Source: Eledone cirrhosa (lineage: Eukaryota). Taken from it: a stretch of DNA of 64,000 nt. A model generated the notes under the pieces. That model was not told the origin of the DNA, did no database searches, and saw nothing but the letters and a program-made list of their open reading frames with translations. A program made the position numbers and the translations under genes. Of the stretch, positions 1 to 14,436 are shown in pieces; the stretch's first letter is position 1, and each line of letters begins with the position of its first letter. The stretch spans positions 166,904,001-166,968,000 of the forward strand of contig OZ024740.1 of NCBI GenBank assembly GCA_964016885.1. Reading direction: 5' to 3'.

Positions 1-603
1 CACTTCTAGTATCCAAATATTCTATTATTACGATCAATTTCAAAATTTACTTAGGACAATAAACGGTTTTAATGCTTCGAACGTGTGAAATATGGGAATG
101 AAATTAATAAAATGATATATGTTTTAATATATATCTTTAAAACAACATATGTTTTCCATGTTCAAATAAATAAATAGTCAAGGAAAGAAATATGGTGCCA
201 ACGTGATACATCATATCATATGCTATCAAACTTATCTCTGTTATTAAGAAAAACACTATCAAATCAGTGAAGGGGATAGGTGGAATTGGTAGAGAGAAAA
301 CCAGATCACCTATTAGTATTAAATTAAACCACTCGATGTTCTTAATTTAAAACTTGTTGTAGTCGAAACTGTCGTCCAAGATTTTTGCACAATAAAATAC
401 TTATCACGCAAGAACGGTTCGATCTACTAGATTTAGCATATTACTGAATATGTGTGAGGTTGTATCGATATGAGAAACCATACATTAACGTTAAAGATTC
501 GTATTTAAGGTGAATGTCACATTTGAATAACTATAGCGCAGTGCATGACTGGTGATTTATTTTACCGAAACCGTCAAAATTAAAGGCAAAATAGAATCAA
601 ACA

Positions 604-788
604 AATAATTGTTTCTACTTTTGGCACAAGGCCAGCAATTACCCAGTGCATTACTGGTACTTTATTTTATCGACCCCGTAAGGATGAAAGGCAAAGTCAA
701 CCTCGGCGGGATTTGAACTCAGATCGTAAAGGGACGTAACTATGCTGGAAAGCATGGCGTCCGACCCTCTACCGATACTGCCAATCCA
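604..788 (-). mobile_element. tRNA-derived SINE, near full length
   Basis: Reverse complement reads TTGGCAGTATCGG (A-box-like) ... GAGTTCAAATCCC (B-box) ... CTTTGCCTTTCATCCTTACGGGGTCGATAAAATAAAGTACCAG ... GGCCTTGTGCCAAAAGTAGAAACAATTATT; flanked by a direct repeat aacaaataat; recurs many times in the window. Confidence 0.9.
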
Positions 789-1521
789 ACAAATAATGTC
801 ACATAACATAATAGAATACTACAATTAGTGAGCGTGACATCCTACGAAATGAATTTAGTTGTACAATAATAACATATACTATATATAGAAACACACTCTA
901 GCATTCTTCTTATTTATAAACCAGCTAGAGACTGCTTATATGAACGTTTAACGTGGTGAAAAGAACAATGAAATGTACCTAAAACTCACCCTGTCGTCTT
1001 TTACAGGACATACGAAATCTCTCTGAAACGAACACCTTTCATATTGAAGCTGAGGCGTTGGAGGCGATCTGGCTCTACGCAATTAGAACCAGAAACCACT
1101 ATTATTGAATTGTATATTAACATAAATAGCACTCCACCGCAGCTGAGGAGGATAGCAAGACCAATATGTATCTTTAGCTGTTATTCGGACAGCCATGGTC
1201 CATACATATTACCGAAAGTATTATTTTCAGACTAGAAGCTGCTAAGATTATATTATCCAATTAATCGTTTTTTTTTTTTTTTTGTAAAAGTCAGTAAATA
1301 TCCCATATGGATTCGTGGTGTCTGGTATTTATAGGTAGGCAAACTATTTGAAATATTTTCCCGCAGCATGTAGCTATCTGTGATGAAAATGCCACCGGAA
1401 ACATCACATATTATCACCTAAGATTCGATAGTTAACAGTTATATATCGTTAAGCCTGATCATTTGTTAGTGTTGACTCGGATCATCGCATTGTCTCGGCC
1501 AAGATATGATTAGGTCTCCGA

Positions 1522-3640
1522 GTGGATAAAAAGAAATCTGCAAATGCTACTCCTTACAACTGGGCAGTTCTGAATACCAATCCTGAGACTTACAAAACCT
1601 ATGTAACCCAACCTAGCAACCAATTTGCTGCCCTACAAGACTCTGCGCCAACAAAATCGTCAAATTCTACATTTAACCACTTTCAAATGGCATTCAAAGA
1701 CACCATCCCTTTAAAACCCAAGGTTAAAAAACGAAAACCCTGGTAAACAGAGAGGATACGCCAAAAGCGCAAAGAGTTGCGAAAAGCTGCAGAATTGAAA
1801 GACACTCAAACGATCTCCAGAAAACATTGGTAACTTCAATGCTGCTTGTACAGCACTGAAAAGTGAGTATGAAATTGAGCAAGCCGAATACATGCAGAGA
1901 AAGATCAATCATATCTCGAGTACTGTCAGCAATAAGAAGTCTGCTGAGGCTAATGAAATTAGTGGCAGAAAAAGTAGTGACAGAGCCAAACTGAAAGCCT
2001 CCAACCAAGACGAACGTTTAAAACTGTGGCAACAACATTTTCAGAACCTACTTGGCAAAGCACCACAGATTATCGAAGAAGAAATAATACCCGTGTTTAC
2101 AGAGGAACACCAAATACAGAAAGGTCCTTTCACTATGGAGGAACTACAGAAAGCAGTGAAAAGTGTTGGTAACGGAAAATCGTGCGGACTTGACGAGATC
2201 CCAGCTATATTGTGGAAGGTACCTGAATTTCACCCAATCCCACTAGAGTTGTGTAATGGTGTCTACAATCAAATAGACTGAGGGATGTATAATCAAATAG
2301 ACTGAGGGATGTATACTCCCTTTTCCCCAAAAGGGCGATCTTGGAAGGCTAAAAACTACCGTGGCATAACACTAATGGCAATTGCCGCAAAGATATACGA
2401 TATCATGCTGTTTGACAGAATAAGACCTGTCATTGACCCCTTGCTGAGAAGAAAACAAAATGGCTTCCTCACCAACAGATCAATATCGGGGCAAATACTT
2501 ACTATTCGGCGTATCTTGGAAGGCGCAAAAGCCCAAAACCTCCCAGCAACTCTCCTGTTTATTGACTTTTCAAAAGCATTCGATTCCATCCATCGTGGGA
2601 GGATGAGAGAGCTACTTCTAGCCTACGACTTGCCAAAGGAAACAGTAAATACCATCATGATGTTATATAAAAACACCCGCGCAATGGTGCGCTCACCTGA
2701 TGGAGATACCAACTTCTTTGACATCATTACATGAGTACTCCAAGGGAATCCTCTTGCACCATATATGTTTATCATCTGCCTCGACTATGTATTGAGAAAA
2801 GCCCTGGACGAAAACTTAGAGCTTGGTTTCACTCTCACAAAGCGAATGTGTAGACGCCATGCAGCTCAGAAAATCACCATGCTGACTATGCGGATGATTT
2901 AGCGGTCCTCGCTGACTACCTTAAGGATGCAACATCACTACTTCACAGATTCGAATCAGTTGCAAAGGAAATCGGACTCTATGTCAACGCAGGCAAAACA
3001 GAATATATTTGCCTGAACCAAGACTCGTCAGTTGGTATGCGAAGTCTAAACGACGATATAATCAAGCAAGTTGACGACTTCAAATACCTGGGTAGCTATA
3101 TTGCCTCCACAGAACATGATGTTAACATCAGACTTGGAAAAGCCTGGGGAGCATTGAATGCAATGGAAAAAATATGGAAATGAAACCTGCCGGCCAAACT
3201 GAAAAGGAATTTCTTCAGAGCTGCTGTGGAATCTGTGCTGGTTTATGGCTCTATCACTTGGACGCTAACGTCGAAACTGGAGAAAAAGCGAGATGAAGCA
3301 TACACACGTATGCTCTGTGCTGCTTTAAACGTGTCTTGGAGGGAACACCCAACAAATAAGGATATCTATGGCAATATACCACCTATCATCAGGTCAATAC
3401 GTGGACAGAGACTCAGATTTGCTGGCCACTGTTGGCGCAGCAAGGAAGAAATAGCAGGGGATATGTTGTTATGGAGTCCATCTCATGGAGCAAGAAACGC
3501 TGGTCCTCCCAAGAAGACATACATCAAGCAACTCGAGGACGATACTGGATGCACTGCGGAAGAACTGGCAAACGCTATGAGAGACAGAGATGGATGGGGG
3601 AAACGTGCCGTAGAAAGCCGAGCAAGCTCGACCTGATGAA
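1522..3640 (+). mobile_element. Decayed RTE-like non-LTR retrotransposon (RT region with frameshifts and stops)
   Basis: ORF fragments carry KSCGLDEIP, NYRGITL, QNGF, FIDFSKAFDSI, (G)VLQG, DYADDL (~2884), FKYLGS, RLRFAGH; 24-bp tandem duplication at ~2267-2314. Confidence 0.9.
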
Positions 3641-4183
3641 GCCTATCTCTCAATGAAGCTATTCCCCTAAATTGTAATGTTTTCATAAGCCAACTGTGAT
3701 AAAATCGCATTGTAATATGTAACAAATGTATCAACCCACCTTATGCCGGAGTATTACAAATAAAATACAATACAATACAATACAACTTACAATGTTCATG
3801 GACATTACACAGAAACATATCGGATATACTTCTATATGCATATGCGCCGCCATTCTGAATCAAGCTGTCTTATTGCTACTAATAATTAATAATGTCACTC
3901 AAACTCCCACTGTATGCAAATATAGCATCTTCAAAATAAGACATCTTACACATTCTATACACATGAACTTTGCTACCTCATTACCGATGAATAAGTATGT
4001 ATACTGATTGCCTGAAATATGTTTAATTGGCATTCTCTAAAGTTTATTTAGATAACGGTGATGTGATCACAGCTTAAAATACTTCCAATGTGACTATATA
4101 TATTTACAGTATATAAATGTATTTTATATATTCTTTTGTACGCTCCATTTTTGAATTTGGCTATATTAGATTTACTATTAATT

Positions 4184-4372
4184 AATTGTTTCTACTTTTG
4201 ACACAAGGCCAGCAATTACACAGTACATTACTGGTACTTTATGTTATCGACCCCGTAAGGATGAAAGGCAAAGTTAACCTTGGCAGGATTTGAACTCAGA
4301 TCACAAAGGGACGTAACTCTATGCTTCAAAGCATGGCGTCCGACTGACTACCAATACTGCCAATCCACCGCC
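4184..4372 (-). mobile_element. tRNA-derived SINE, full length
   Basis: Same family as 604-788; TSD ctattaattaat on both sides. Confidence 0.9.
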
Positions 4373-6756
4373 TATTAATTAATACTAGCCCGCCAGGCTT
4401 AAATTATATTGGACAGCATAGCGTCAAATATAATTTGACGTTGTCCGACAATTCTGCTAATCCGCTAATATAATATAATTCATAGAAGATTCATTTGATA
4501 TCTTAATTATTATAACAATCATATGATGCTTAATATTTTAGGTTTTTAGATGCCTTTCTCTTATATGGATTATTCCGCAATATTTGACAAATCTTTAAAA
4601 TGTGTCATCTCTGTTTTTAGCCACATGAATTCTATAGACGATAACGTTCTCCATAAGAGTTTACCTACATTAAGAATATTGCATGGAACCCAATACAAAA
4701 ATATTGGGTCTAACAAAAGATGTCATTCCTGCTTCTTGGATTACCGATTTTTTCATTTAGATTTCACTAGGGCAAAATCATCAAAATATTATGTAGTAAC
4801 TAGCAGAACAACACACACCTCGCCTCGTACGAAATACATTACCTTTATAGCGATACATATTAAGAGTTCGTGGCCCACAGATAAAAGAAAAACAGTAAAA
4901 CAAGCATTTGAAATGAGATGTGCTATTCTAAATTATGTGCTAGGCATTTTCATTATTGTTTATCTGTCGGGCATCTTATATACTATTTTTAAAGTTTTCT
5001 AGTTTTGTTCAAAACATTGGTTCTCTAAGGATAAATATACAGTTTATATATCCTATGAATACACCATGGTATATTTTAGGAGTGCGCATGAGATACAAGT
5101 GAGAAGCATTGGATTAAAGTAATATAACCGATGATGCTATTTACGTAGACATGACCTTGAACAGTATTGACAGATGTTGCTTTCAATATCTGACCAGCAA
5201 TGTAGAACAAATTCAAGCTCTTTGGAACATTAATCCGCTCCTTGCTGAGAAGAATTAATTTCAATTATGCATTACTCTTAAATAATAATTAAAAAAGAAT
5301 TGCATCTTCTGATTGGAGCTACGATGTATATATAAGGCCCAGGCAATATATATTTGGGTGCGCGTAGAACCGATTGTCGTGAATTGTTCCATATTCTGTT
5401 AATTATCATCATATAGCTTGTCATAGCTTTTACACAAAGTGTGATTGCTTCCATATCACATAATGCTTCATTTAACATCACTACTACAAAACTATAAAAG
5501 TAGTTCTCATTTGGAAATTTCAATATAACAATAAATCTTGAATCTAGAAATATTCTAGCTTTACGTAGCTGATAGTGTGTGATATTTGTTGGTGACAACA
5601 TACGATACAGAGACCTCTGGAATAGACATTCATCCACGTTCTACATATACACGAGAACTAATACGGTGTACACACGGTATTACATTACGTTTCCGAGGAA
5701 CGTTTAATTAAGTCGAACTCATTATTCATTAAAATGGAAATGTTGAATTGTATCCGTAGGGTTAACACACCAGTGCTGTTAAAATAGCATATTTTTTTAT
5801 AAATTACTGTGTTAGCTATGAGAAAAATATATTTATGAACAAATCAATCTAACGTTGGTACACTGAAATCAGAAACATCAATACATTAAAGAATGTGCTT
5901 GTGTGTACACACAATATACGTGGACAGACACAATCTGCATATATTGAAGGTCACATAACGTCATCTCCTACGCAATAACTACTTAGGTTGGAATTAATGC
6001 TTGCTGAACAAGCTATTAATATCCTTGTTTTGTATTTTTTCTCACGGAGATATTATCTAATGTCATCTAGCTGTATACATATTTCAGTTACATACAGTAT
6101 GTAGACGCAGCTGGCCAAAGAGTTAAGTAGTTCTCTTCGTGTACACATTGTTTAAGGTTCGATTATAATTTACTATAACCTTGATGGACATTTGATAATA
6201 TAATACTATTTGGACACCCATCAAATGGGCTGCACTTGTTATCACACATTATCACATTGAATCTAAGGTTATGCCTGTTTATGAAATAATCAGTCGTCCG
6301 CGCGTTATTTGACGAATAAGCTGTTCAGTTGATCAAACAACTTGAACACACATCGTAGAAACTGACAGAGGCTATTCATTCCCACATACAATGTCGGTTG
6401 AAATTCATACACGTAGTCTGTAGCAGAAAATAGTATTAAAAAAATGACTATTAATGAACGAAATATTTGTCAAAAATGCATTACAATATGTATCCCACTG
6501 TAGCTCTTAGTAATAGTTAATAGTTACGTAGTGTCACTATGGATAGTTAAACAGAAAATATAGTTAAGGATGAAATCAGAAATTAAGATTGAAATTTGTC
6601 ATGCTGTTCTCTTTTTTACTATCAAATAATAATATGTATGTGCAGAGAAGATATTGTCAAATGTTTTTTAAACTTAATAGTGATTACAAATCGCGGGATA
6701 TATTCCATTGCATGCAACAGCGTGTACATTATTTACCTTGTTAATTAGATATAAAA

Positions 6757-6758
<2 letters not shown>

Positions 6759-6828
<70 letters not shown>

Positions 6829-7004
6829 TAAAATAGCAGATTAAAGTTTAAGCAAAGAATCGCTGCTTTCACCCTTAACGGGATCTTCGGCTAACCTTTA
6901 ATCTGTTATTTTAATAAATATTTGCTCTACGGTTCTTATGTATTTGATATACATTTATCCTTATCGAGCCCTCTTTGGATTTTAGTCTTCAAATTTATTA
7001 TTAT

Positions 7005-7063
<59 letters not shown>
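6759..7063. repeat. Two (TA)n microsatellites flanking a short foldback element
   Basis: (TA)n at 6759-6823 and 7008-7063; inverted repeat 6821-6846 / 6896-6921. Confidence 0.85.
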
Positions 7064-7068
<5 letters not shown>

Positions 7069-7289
7069 ATATATATAAAGAGAGAGACAGAGAGACAGGG
7101 AGAGACACAGAGACAGAGATAGAGCAAGATGGGTAGATACCGAGACATAGAAAGAGAGAGCTAAAACATAGATACAGAGAGATGTACTTATAGAGGTAGG
7201 TAGATTCCAGCACGGAAGACGCTAAAATTAATTTCAGCAGAGGGTGAAAGCATAAGTTTTGTCATGTCTATATCGCCATCACTTTGTTA

Positions 7290-9470
7290 TCTCCAACCCG
7301 GCCACCTCAAGGAGTTGTTATGGCCTCCTCTCCACTGAGACCGGGCACCGTCTTCTGAGTGCAAAAGGCTCATCCATGGCGCCCTGGACCCTCACGCCCG
7401 AGGCCTCTTTTTTTCGGCTAGTCTGACCGCTCCCAGGAAGAAAGAGGGGTGGCATACGCCCCGTCGCTGTGGCCAATGTCTTCCAGGGGCTGGCTGTTAA
7501 GGTGGTTTGCAGATCCATCACACCTGAACTGCGCGGAGGCTCTGTCCGCTGCAACTGGCTGACGACATGTCCGGTGGCTGTGAGAGGGCGCACATGCAAC
7601 CAGGCAGTTCTTCAATAGCTGCCCACCGGAACCGGCATCCAGGGACTCAAGGCACCTCATTGTCAAGCTTGACATGAGGAATGACTTCAACTGCATACGC
7701 TGTCACCATTTGCTCGCTGCCTGCTTCAGCCGACCCGCCGCTGTCTACCAGCTGGCCTACATGTCATATGGAGCCCCGAGTGCCCCTTGCTGTTAATACA
7801 GTCATACCTTAAGCCACTGGAGTCCAACAGGGTGACCCTTTGCCCCCACCCCCTGTTTTCTATTGGTATAGACCACATTTCCAGGAGTATCAAAGCCTTT
7901 CTCTCCGTTTGGTACCTGGATCATGCTAGGTTGAGCAGGCCCGTAGAGACTGTCTGCCACGACCTACAATCAGTGCTTCCTGCTCAGGCGGGCTCGGCCT
8001 CCAGGTCAACTCGTCCAAGTCGGAGGCGGTGAATGTCAACCACGATCCTGAGAGCTTTGCGGTCCATTATCCACCTGGTACAGGTGACCCCCAAAGTGGA
8101 TGTCCTCATCCTCAGGTCACCGATCCACCCTCCATCTGCTCCACCATCACGTCCAGGCTCCAGCAACTGAAAACCCTCACGAGCCAACTATGCATGACTG
8201 ACAGCCACCCATCCCTCTTCCTTTTAAGGAATTGCTTCGGCATAGCGAAGCAGTTGCTCCTCTATACTTTTCGCACTGCTCTGTGCTACTACCACGCATC
8301 TCTCCTAGCCGACCTCAACACTTGTATCCGAGCAGCAGCTGAGGATATATGCAATGTCAGGTTTGACGTCATTGGATGACAACAGGCCACCTTACATGTT
8401 AGATATGGCGGCCTGAGCCTCCGGTCCCCGCTCTCGCTAGCTTTGCGGCATTTCTTTCGTCGGTAACCTCATGCCGCGCCCTCGTCAGCAGAGTTCTGCT
8501 GAACACAATGGAACCCTCTGTTATCGAGGAATGTGAGTCCGCCTGCGAGACGTGGGACCGGCTGAGACCTAGCCCAGTAGACGTCCCTCCTCCCATCCCC
8601 CCTGCTGATGTTAATCCCCCCCACAGCATTTGGGATGCCATCCTGTGCAGCCTGGCCTCAGACAGGCTCACGCGCAAGCTCAACCAGCACCGCATTGCCT
8701 GTTTCCGCGCGGCCTCCAAACTCCAAGGTGGTGGCTGGCTCCATGCCTTGCCCACCTTCTCCACCGGTACGCAGCTTGACAACGATAATCTGCGCATCGG
8801 CGTTTCCCTAAGTTTTGGTCTCCGGATCTGCGAGCCATACAAATGTCGCTGCGGAGCCACCGTGGTTTATTTCGACCTCCACCCCCTCTTTCCTATCATT
8901 ACAATGCCGGCCGTCCTCCATGCCACGTTGCCCTCAACGAGGTCATACAACATGGCTTGGATTCTGCACGCTTCCCCTCTCAGCTGGAGCCAGTGGAGCT
9001 AGACTGAGGGGACGGCAGAAGGCCAGAGGGCATGACTATCTTCCCGTTCCATGGTTGCAAACTCCTCGTCTGGGATGCCACTTGCAGCAACACTCTCTCC
9101 AGCCACATCCTGGTGCAGTCTGCGTATGACCCAGGTTCTGCTGCGATTCGGATTGAGGAGGGCAAACTCTCCAAATACCTGTCGCTCTCCGACAGTTTTG
9201 CGGTCGTGCCTTGGCAGTGAAGATTTCTGGTGTCCTTGGTCCTAGGGTTGACTCCCTACTCACGACCATAGGCGCTGAGCCGGCCAGCCGCCGGTTTGAG
9301 CCTTGTGAGATGGAATGGCTCTTCCAGCCCATGTCCTATACCATCCTCCGGGGAAACGGGTTCTCCATTTTGTTCGCCGTGGCTATGGGGCGGCCAGCAT
9401 GTGGGACCACATTTGCTCACCATACAGAGAGATGGGGAGGGCGTGAGAGATAGAGGCGATGACAATGGGA
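7290..9470 (+). mobile_element. Decayed CRE-clade non-LTR retrotransposon (RT plus C-terminal zinc finger and restriction-like endonuclease)
   Basis: GC-rich island; GGIRPVAV (~7448), VKLDMRNDFN, GVQQGDPL, WYLDHA (from YLDD), GWLHALP, CEPYKCRCG, DGRRPEGMT, LVWDATC; broken into several frames; boundaries approximate. Confidence 0.8.
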
Positions 9471-10034
9471 GTTAGGCTCTTCCGTGTCGGACACATTGTA
9501 CCAGTCATGTGGAGCATGTGATATTTTTCCTTATATCTATTTCCAGTATACGCATCTTTTTTTTAAAGTTTTGTAATGTTTTCTAACGCATCTCTTGCGA
9601 ATTATGAAATTATTTATCTTATTGATTTGATAAATGCTTTGCCTAACTGAGTTTGTTTTATTTTCACTACAGCTACTATGAAGTTGTTAACCGAGCGTGT
9701 ACGGATAATAAACGAACCAAGGATTAAGTTATTGTTACATTTTGTAATGTGGTACTGGATAACGAGACAACTGCAGGTGGCTGACAAAATCTAGAAATGG
9801 TAAAGCAATGTTTAGGACAACTGGCTTAGAGAAATTAGTATTGCGCGATAAATTTCTACAAATATTTTTAGAACGGGCAATGTAGAACACCATTCACGGT
9901 TTCTCTATAATAGTTATTCATCTCTCAGTTAGTTGCCTTTTCAACGGATAAGAATCGAAAGGACTATGTGTATGTGTATGTTATCTGTTTCTACATACAC
10001 ACACAAACACTCACACACGCATATTATATATATA

Positions 10035-10098
10035 AAATAAAGTACCAGTAATGCACTGGGATAATTGCTGGCCTTGTGCCAAAAGTAGAAACAATTAT
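10035..10098 (+). mobile_element. SINE 3' fragment
   Basis: aaaataaagtaccagtaatgcactggg...ggccttgtgccaaaagtagaaacaatt. Confidence 0.8.
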
Positions 10099-12846
10099 AT
10101 ATATATATATGTGTGTGTGTGTATGTGTGTGTGTTTGTGTGTGTGTATGTATGTATATATATATATATATAAGAAAGGTAAACGTAGACAAGATAGCCGA
10201 CAGCATAGCACAATGAAGGAATATATTAGTTTATAGAGAGGAAAAGTCTTTTCGCTTCGGATGCTAGTCCTTCATCAAAAGATAGAATGAGAAATAAAAG
10301 ATGAAATAAACATATTGAGAGTGAGAAGAAGAAGGAACGGAAAAGCATGCTATGAGTATAGAAATGTTTTTGATATCAGTGTATAAGTAGTATGTTCGCA
10401 GGTATAGGCTGAAAAGTATTTGTTTTTTGTATTTATTTATTGTAGAATGTGTATGTAGTCTAGTTTTAGTCTATAGCGTAAATCTCTAAAACGAGCTCTG
10501 AGACTATCTGAAGAATAGTTATTGAAATAGTACACATTGAGATTTAGTGTCTATGATTAAATCATTATTTATCTAATGTGCATGTGCGTGTGTATGTTAA
10601 AATGTGTCTTGTGAAATGTATGTCTGTATATACATATATATTTTAGTATGTGCTACGTGTATTTACATCGTGGTCCAGTGTTACTTCTCCAGAGTTACAT
10701 AGAATATCAATAGGTCAAGTTCAGTTCGTAAGAGATATTATCAGCGAAATAAACTGAAACTGAGAAATTAATGCACTCTTGTCAATCTGATACTGTTATG
10801 TTATATCTTAGTTTATAACTAATAAAATTTCTTCACTGTTATAAAATATGACAGTTATTTCAATTTCGATTCTCTATATTCAGATTCAATTTCAGCTACG
10901 CTTGAAACATTTCATTAGAACTATAAAAGGTGAACATTTTTCTGATAATTGTTTTGGCTTCGATTACAGAATCTGCACTCTCATTCTACCATAATTGTTA
11001 GTTTTAGAGAAAAGTATGACTATATTAATTTCTAAATTTGCTTCAATGGGATAATTGTTAGGAGTTCGTATTAAACGTATCTGTATTTGTTCAAATGTGG
11101 CCATGGTCAGATGTGCCTTGCATCGTTTGGAGATCAATAAATAAAGCACCCGCCCAATATTAGAATGTATGTTTTCTCAGTCCCGAATTAACATTTTCTC
11201 ATACACATTCTCCCTTGTAAGGAAAAGCGTTCCTCTCCCTTTCAGATCTGGATACGGATGTGTTCCACCAGGTTTTAAAAAATGACCAGGCCACGTCGTT
11301 TGTCTACATCTTAATCCGAAGTCGAGGCTCCTTTACTTTATTAAATATCTCTAAAACAGAAACATTATCGTCTTTTAGATGCAACGTTATGACATCGCAT
11401 TTGCATCTACGGGAAATTATTATATGAAATTCTAACGACAGTGATAAACACTGATAATTATTTTCTATTTACTGAGCGGTCTCACTGGTTATCCCATTGA
11501 GGGCGCAATGTTCAATATCAGTGGTCTCTTGTTTAGTACTAAAAAAGAAAACAAAATACCATGATAAATGCAGCAAACATCAAAACTGCTTTTCGTAACT
11601 AACAATTAGCTCCTAATGTAAGAGATCAATCCCAGTGATTGTGTTGTTATAAGTCTGTAGTTATAAGTCATTCTGTAGTTATAAGTCGTTCTTGGTTTAA
11701 CCTTTCGTTCTGTTTCATTCTAGCATAGAATTGTCCATGAATTTTATATAATATATTCACCCTCATTTGAATTTTAAATTTCAAGGGAATTGCGCCGCTA
11801 ATTCTAAACAGTAGAACGACTTTAGAACGACGCTCAGATTGTTTAATTGTAACCCTTCAACTAATGATACTTTGGATGGTGGAAAGTAAGACCGAACGCA
11901 GAATCTCAACCCCAGACGGGAGGCTTTTTAGAAAACTCATCATTTTGCATACTAAAATACGTTTTACATAATTATATTGAATTAGATTTATTCATCAAAT
12001 ATAATTCACTAATAGGTTTCGAAACATTTTTATTTATTTCATATTTATAATTATATTTTGAGAATAAATGTAATTACCTTATTATGCGTATTTAATACAA
12101 TTTTCTTTAAAGCATCTTTATTACATTACAATTGATTCAATGTGACCTTGAAATAGAAATACAAAAAAGAACAAAAAAAATCCTCGGCTCTGTCTTAGAC
12201 AGATTCTTACAATGCTCCAACCAAAATATCAATGCTAGGAATCAATTAATGAAGAAAATAAAAACTACATAAATTCTATTTCTTTTTTCTTGTAATTAAT
12301 TATTGGAAAATTAAATCTCATTCTAAACATTGATATATTTGGAAACGTCTGAAAGCTTAACCATAGGTGTTTACCCAGGTAACATTTCCGTGGCGAAATG
12401 CTGAATATACATTTGAATGCTTTCACAAAAAGAGTAACGTTTATGTTGCTTAAGTGACATAATGAAATGCAAATTTCCCTCCCACCATTTCAAGTATTAC
12501 AACAATTCTGAAGAGAAAACTGATTGTTTTCTATTTTTATTTGGCGTTATATAGAAGCATTGTGAATTACAATTATTTCAATCAAAACAACAAAGTATTT
12601 TTTATATATGAAATATTTCGTGACGAATAATTTGAAAATTAAATATACTTTTCAGCTCATTTTAATTCCTGGCATTAACAGTTTCTTCTTCAACAGAATT
12701 TCTCGTATGATATAATAAATAATTCATTTTTAATCACACCACTCACACGTGGTAAAAAACATAATTGTACATTATCTAAATTCAAAACTAACTCATAAGT
12801 GACAAAATCAAAGTGACGATTTTAAGCATAGTTTGGATCCTTGTGT

Positions 12847-12935
12847 GGGATTTGAAATCAGACCATAAAGGGCCGTATCTCTATGCTGCAAAGCATGGCG
12901 TCCGACCCTCTACCGATTCTGCCAATCCACCGCCC
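12847..12935 (-). mobile_element. SINE 5' (tRNA-like) half
   Basis: gggatttgaaatcag...gccaatccaccgccc matches the head of the full copies. Confidence 0.8.
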
Positions 12936-13737
12936 TATAATCCAGCGTTTTAATCATAATGAGGAAAAACTAGTAAAGGTGAGAAATCTCGCTAAATGCT
13001 TCATGTGTCATATAATTCGATGTTAAAACTAAGAATAATTAAAGGAGAATTTTAAGCAGTTGCTCAAAAACTTAGTCGCATACTCGTAACTTCGAACTTT
13101 ACAAGAAAGGTCACGAATAAATACGGAATTCGTTTTAATTCAGTGATGTAATACCTATCTTGAATCAAAGTATAAATCACTGATGTAAGCAACAAATGCA
13201 ATATTAGAGATGTCATTGCTTCCGGCGATCAAAGTGTTATAACAATATCATCAAGAAACAAGATCAATAAATCCTACAGCATCATAACTTATAGATCCCG
13301 TATACATTTAACATCAAAAATAAAATATGTCAAAATATTAGTCATCACAATTCAAGCTAACTCTTACGTACAGCTAAAGAACTTCCAGAATCAAGGGTTA
13401 TTGTTATAAGAGAATTTACAAATGCTTACTACTTTTCGATTTTTGTGGTAGGCGAAGTTGAAAGATGCATTGAGTTATATACAAGCAATCGAACTTTATG
13501 ACAATCGTTAAATATCTTTGATAGACTTACATCTAAATTGCACCCATTTTATGCAACATGGTACAGGATTAATATTCCTGTAATATATACACATTCATAT
13601 AGATTACTTTTATTCTTATATACACGAATACATGTCTGCCTGTGCTTGATGATTTTCTATATGCATAGATACACACACACGTACACACACACACACCACA
13701 CACACATTATATATATACACATATATATATATATATA

Positions 13738-13917
13738 AATAAAGAAACTGCGGTAAGAAACCAGGTGGACAATAACGCACCAGAATACTCGATACATAAG
13801 GTAGTAGAGTGTGAATAGGGAAAAAGTCATGACCCCCGGCCGTTTTGACAGCTAGATCCAGATCTAGCAGTCGAAATGGCCGTAGCTCAGCCATCGGGGT
13901 CCTGACTATTTTCCTAT
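13738..13917. mobile_element. Short foldback element, probable Penelope-like pseudo-LTR remnant in (TA)n
   Basis: Homologous to 33573-33751; imperfect inverted repeat 13815-13917; contains a GAAA-tggccg-TA hammerhead 3' half. Confidence 0.6.
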
Positions 13918-13937
13918 ATATGTGTATATATATATAT

Positions 13938-14434
13938 AAGCCAGAGTCGGTGATAGAAAACGATCAGGTGAAGATGGTGTGGGATTTTAGGATACAGACG
14001 GACAAGAAACTGGAACACAATAGACCTGACCTGGTGGTTTTGGACAAGGAAAAAAGATCGTGCCTGATTGTGGATATATCCTGCCCATTCGACACAAGAG
14101 TGCAAGAGAAGGAGAGGGAGAAAATTAACCGATAACAGGACTTAAAGTGGGAGGTAAAAAAAAATTGGAACTGCCATGAAGTCAAAGTGGTCCCGATTGT
14201 CATAGGCGCACTAGGTACGATCTCAAAGAGTTTCCAAGGAGGGTTAAAGAAAATTGGTTCCGCCCCGCTTTTTGGAAAACTTCAAAAAGCATGCTTGCTG
14301 GGAACAGCAAGAACCCTCCGATACGTCCTGAATATCTGAGGCTGCAGGTAGTGGCTTGATATTCATTTCAACAAACTTTCCAGTTAAATAACATCAATGA
14401 CTGAGATTTAAAAAATAATAATAATAATAATAAT
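13938..14434 (+). mobile_element. 3' end of an R4/Dong-like non-LTR retrotransposon (restriction-like endonuclease) with (TAA)n tail
   Basis: KPESVIEND..WDFRIQTD..HNRPDLVVLDK..IVDISCP..EK, VVPIVIGALG, QKACLLGTARTLRYVL*, then 3'UTR and (AAT)n. Confidence 0.85.
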
Positions 14435-14436
14435 GA

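Noticed and set aside
4550-5637. ORFs of 150, 62 and 119 aa
   Set aside because: No recognisable motif; AT-rich composition consistent with chance ORFs
6100-6380. Possible old tRNA-SINE of another family (ggttcgatt B-box-like)
   Set aside because: Too degraded to define boundaries or family
11230-11430. Possible exon after a pyrimidine tract ending in tttcag
   Set aside because: No convincing donor, partner exons or protein similarity
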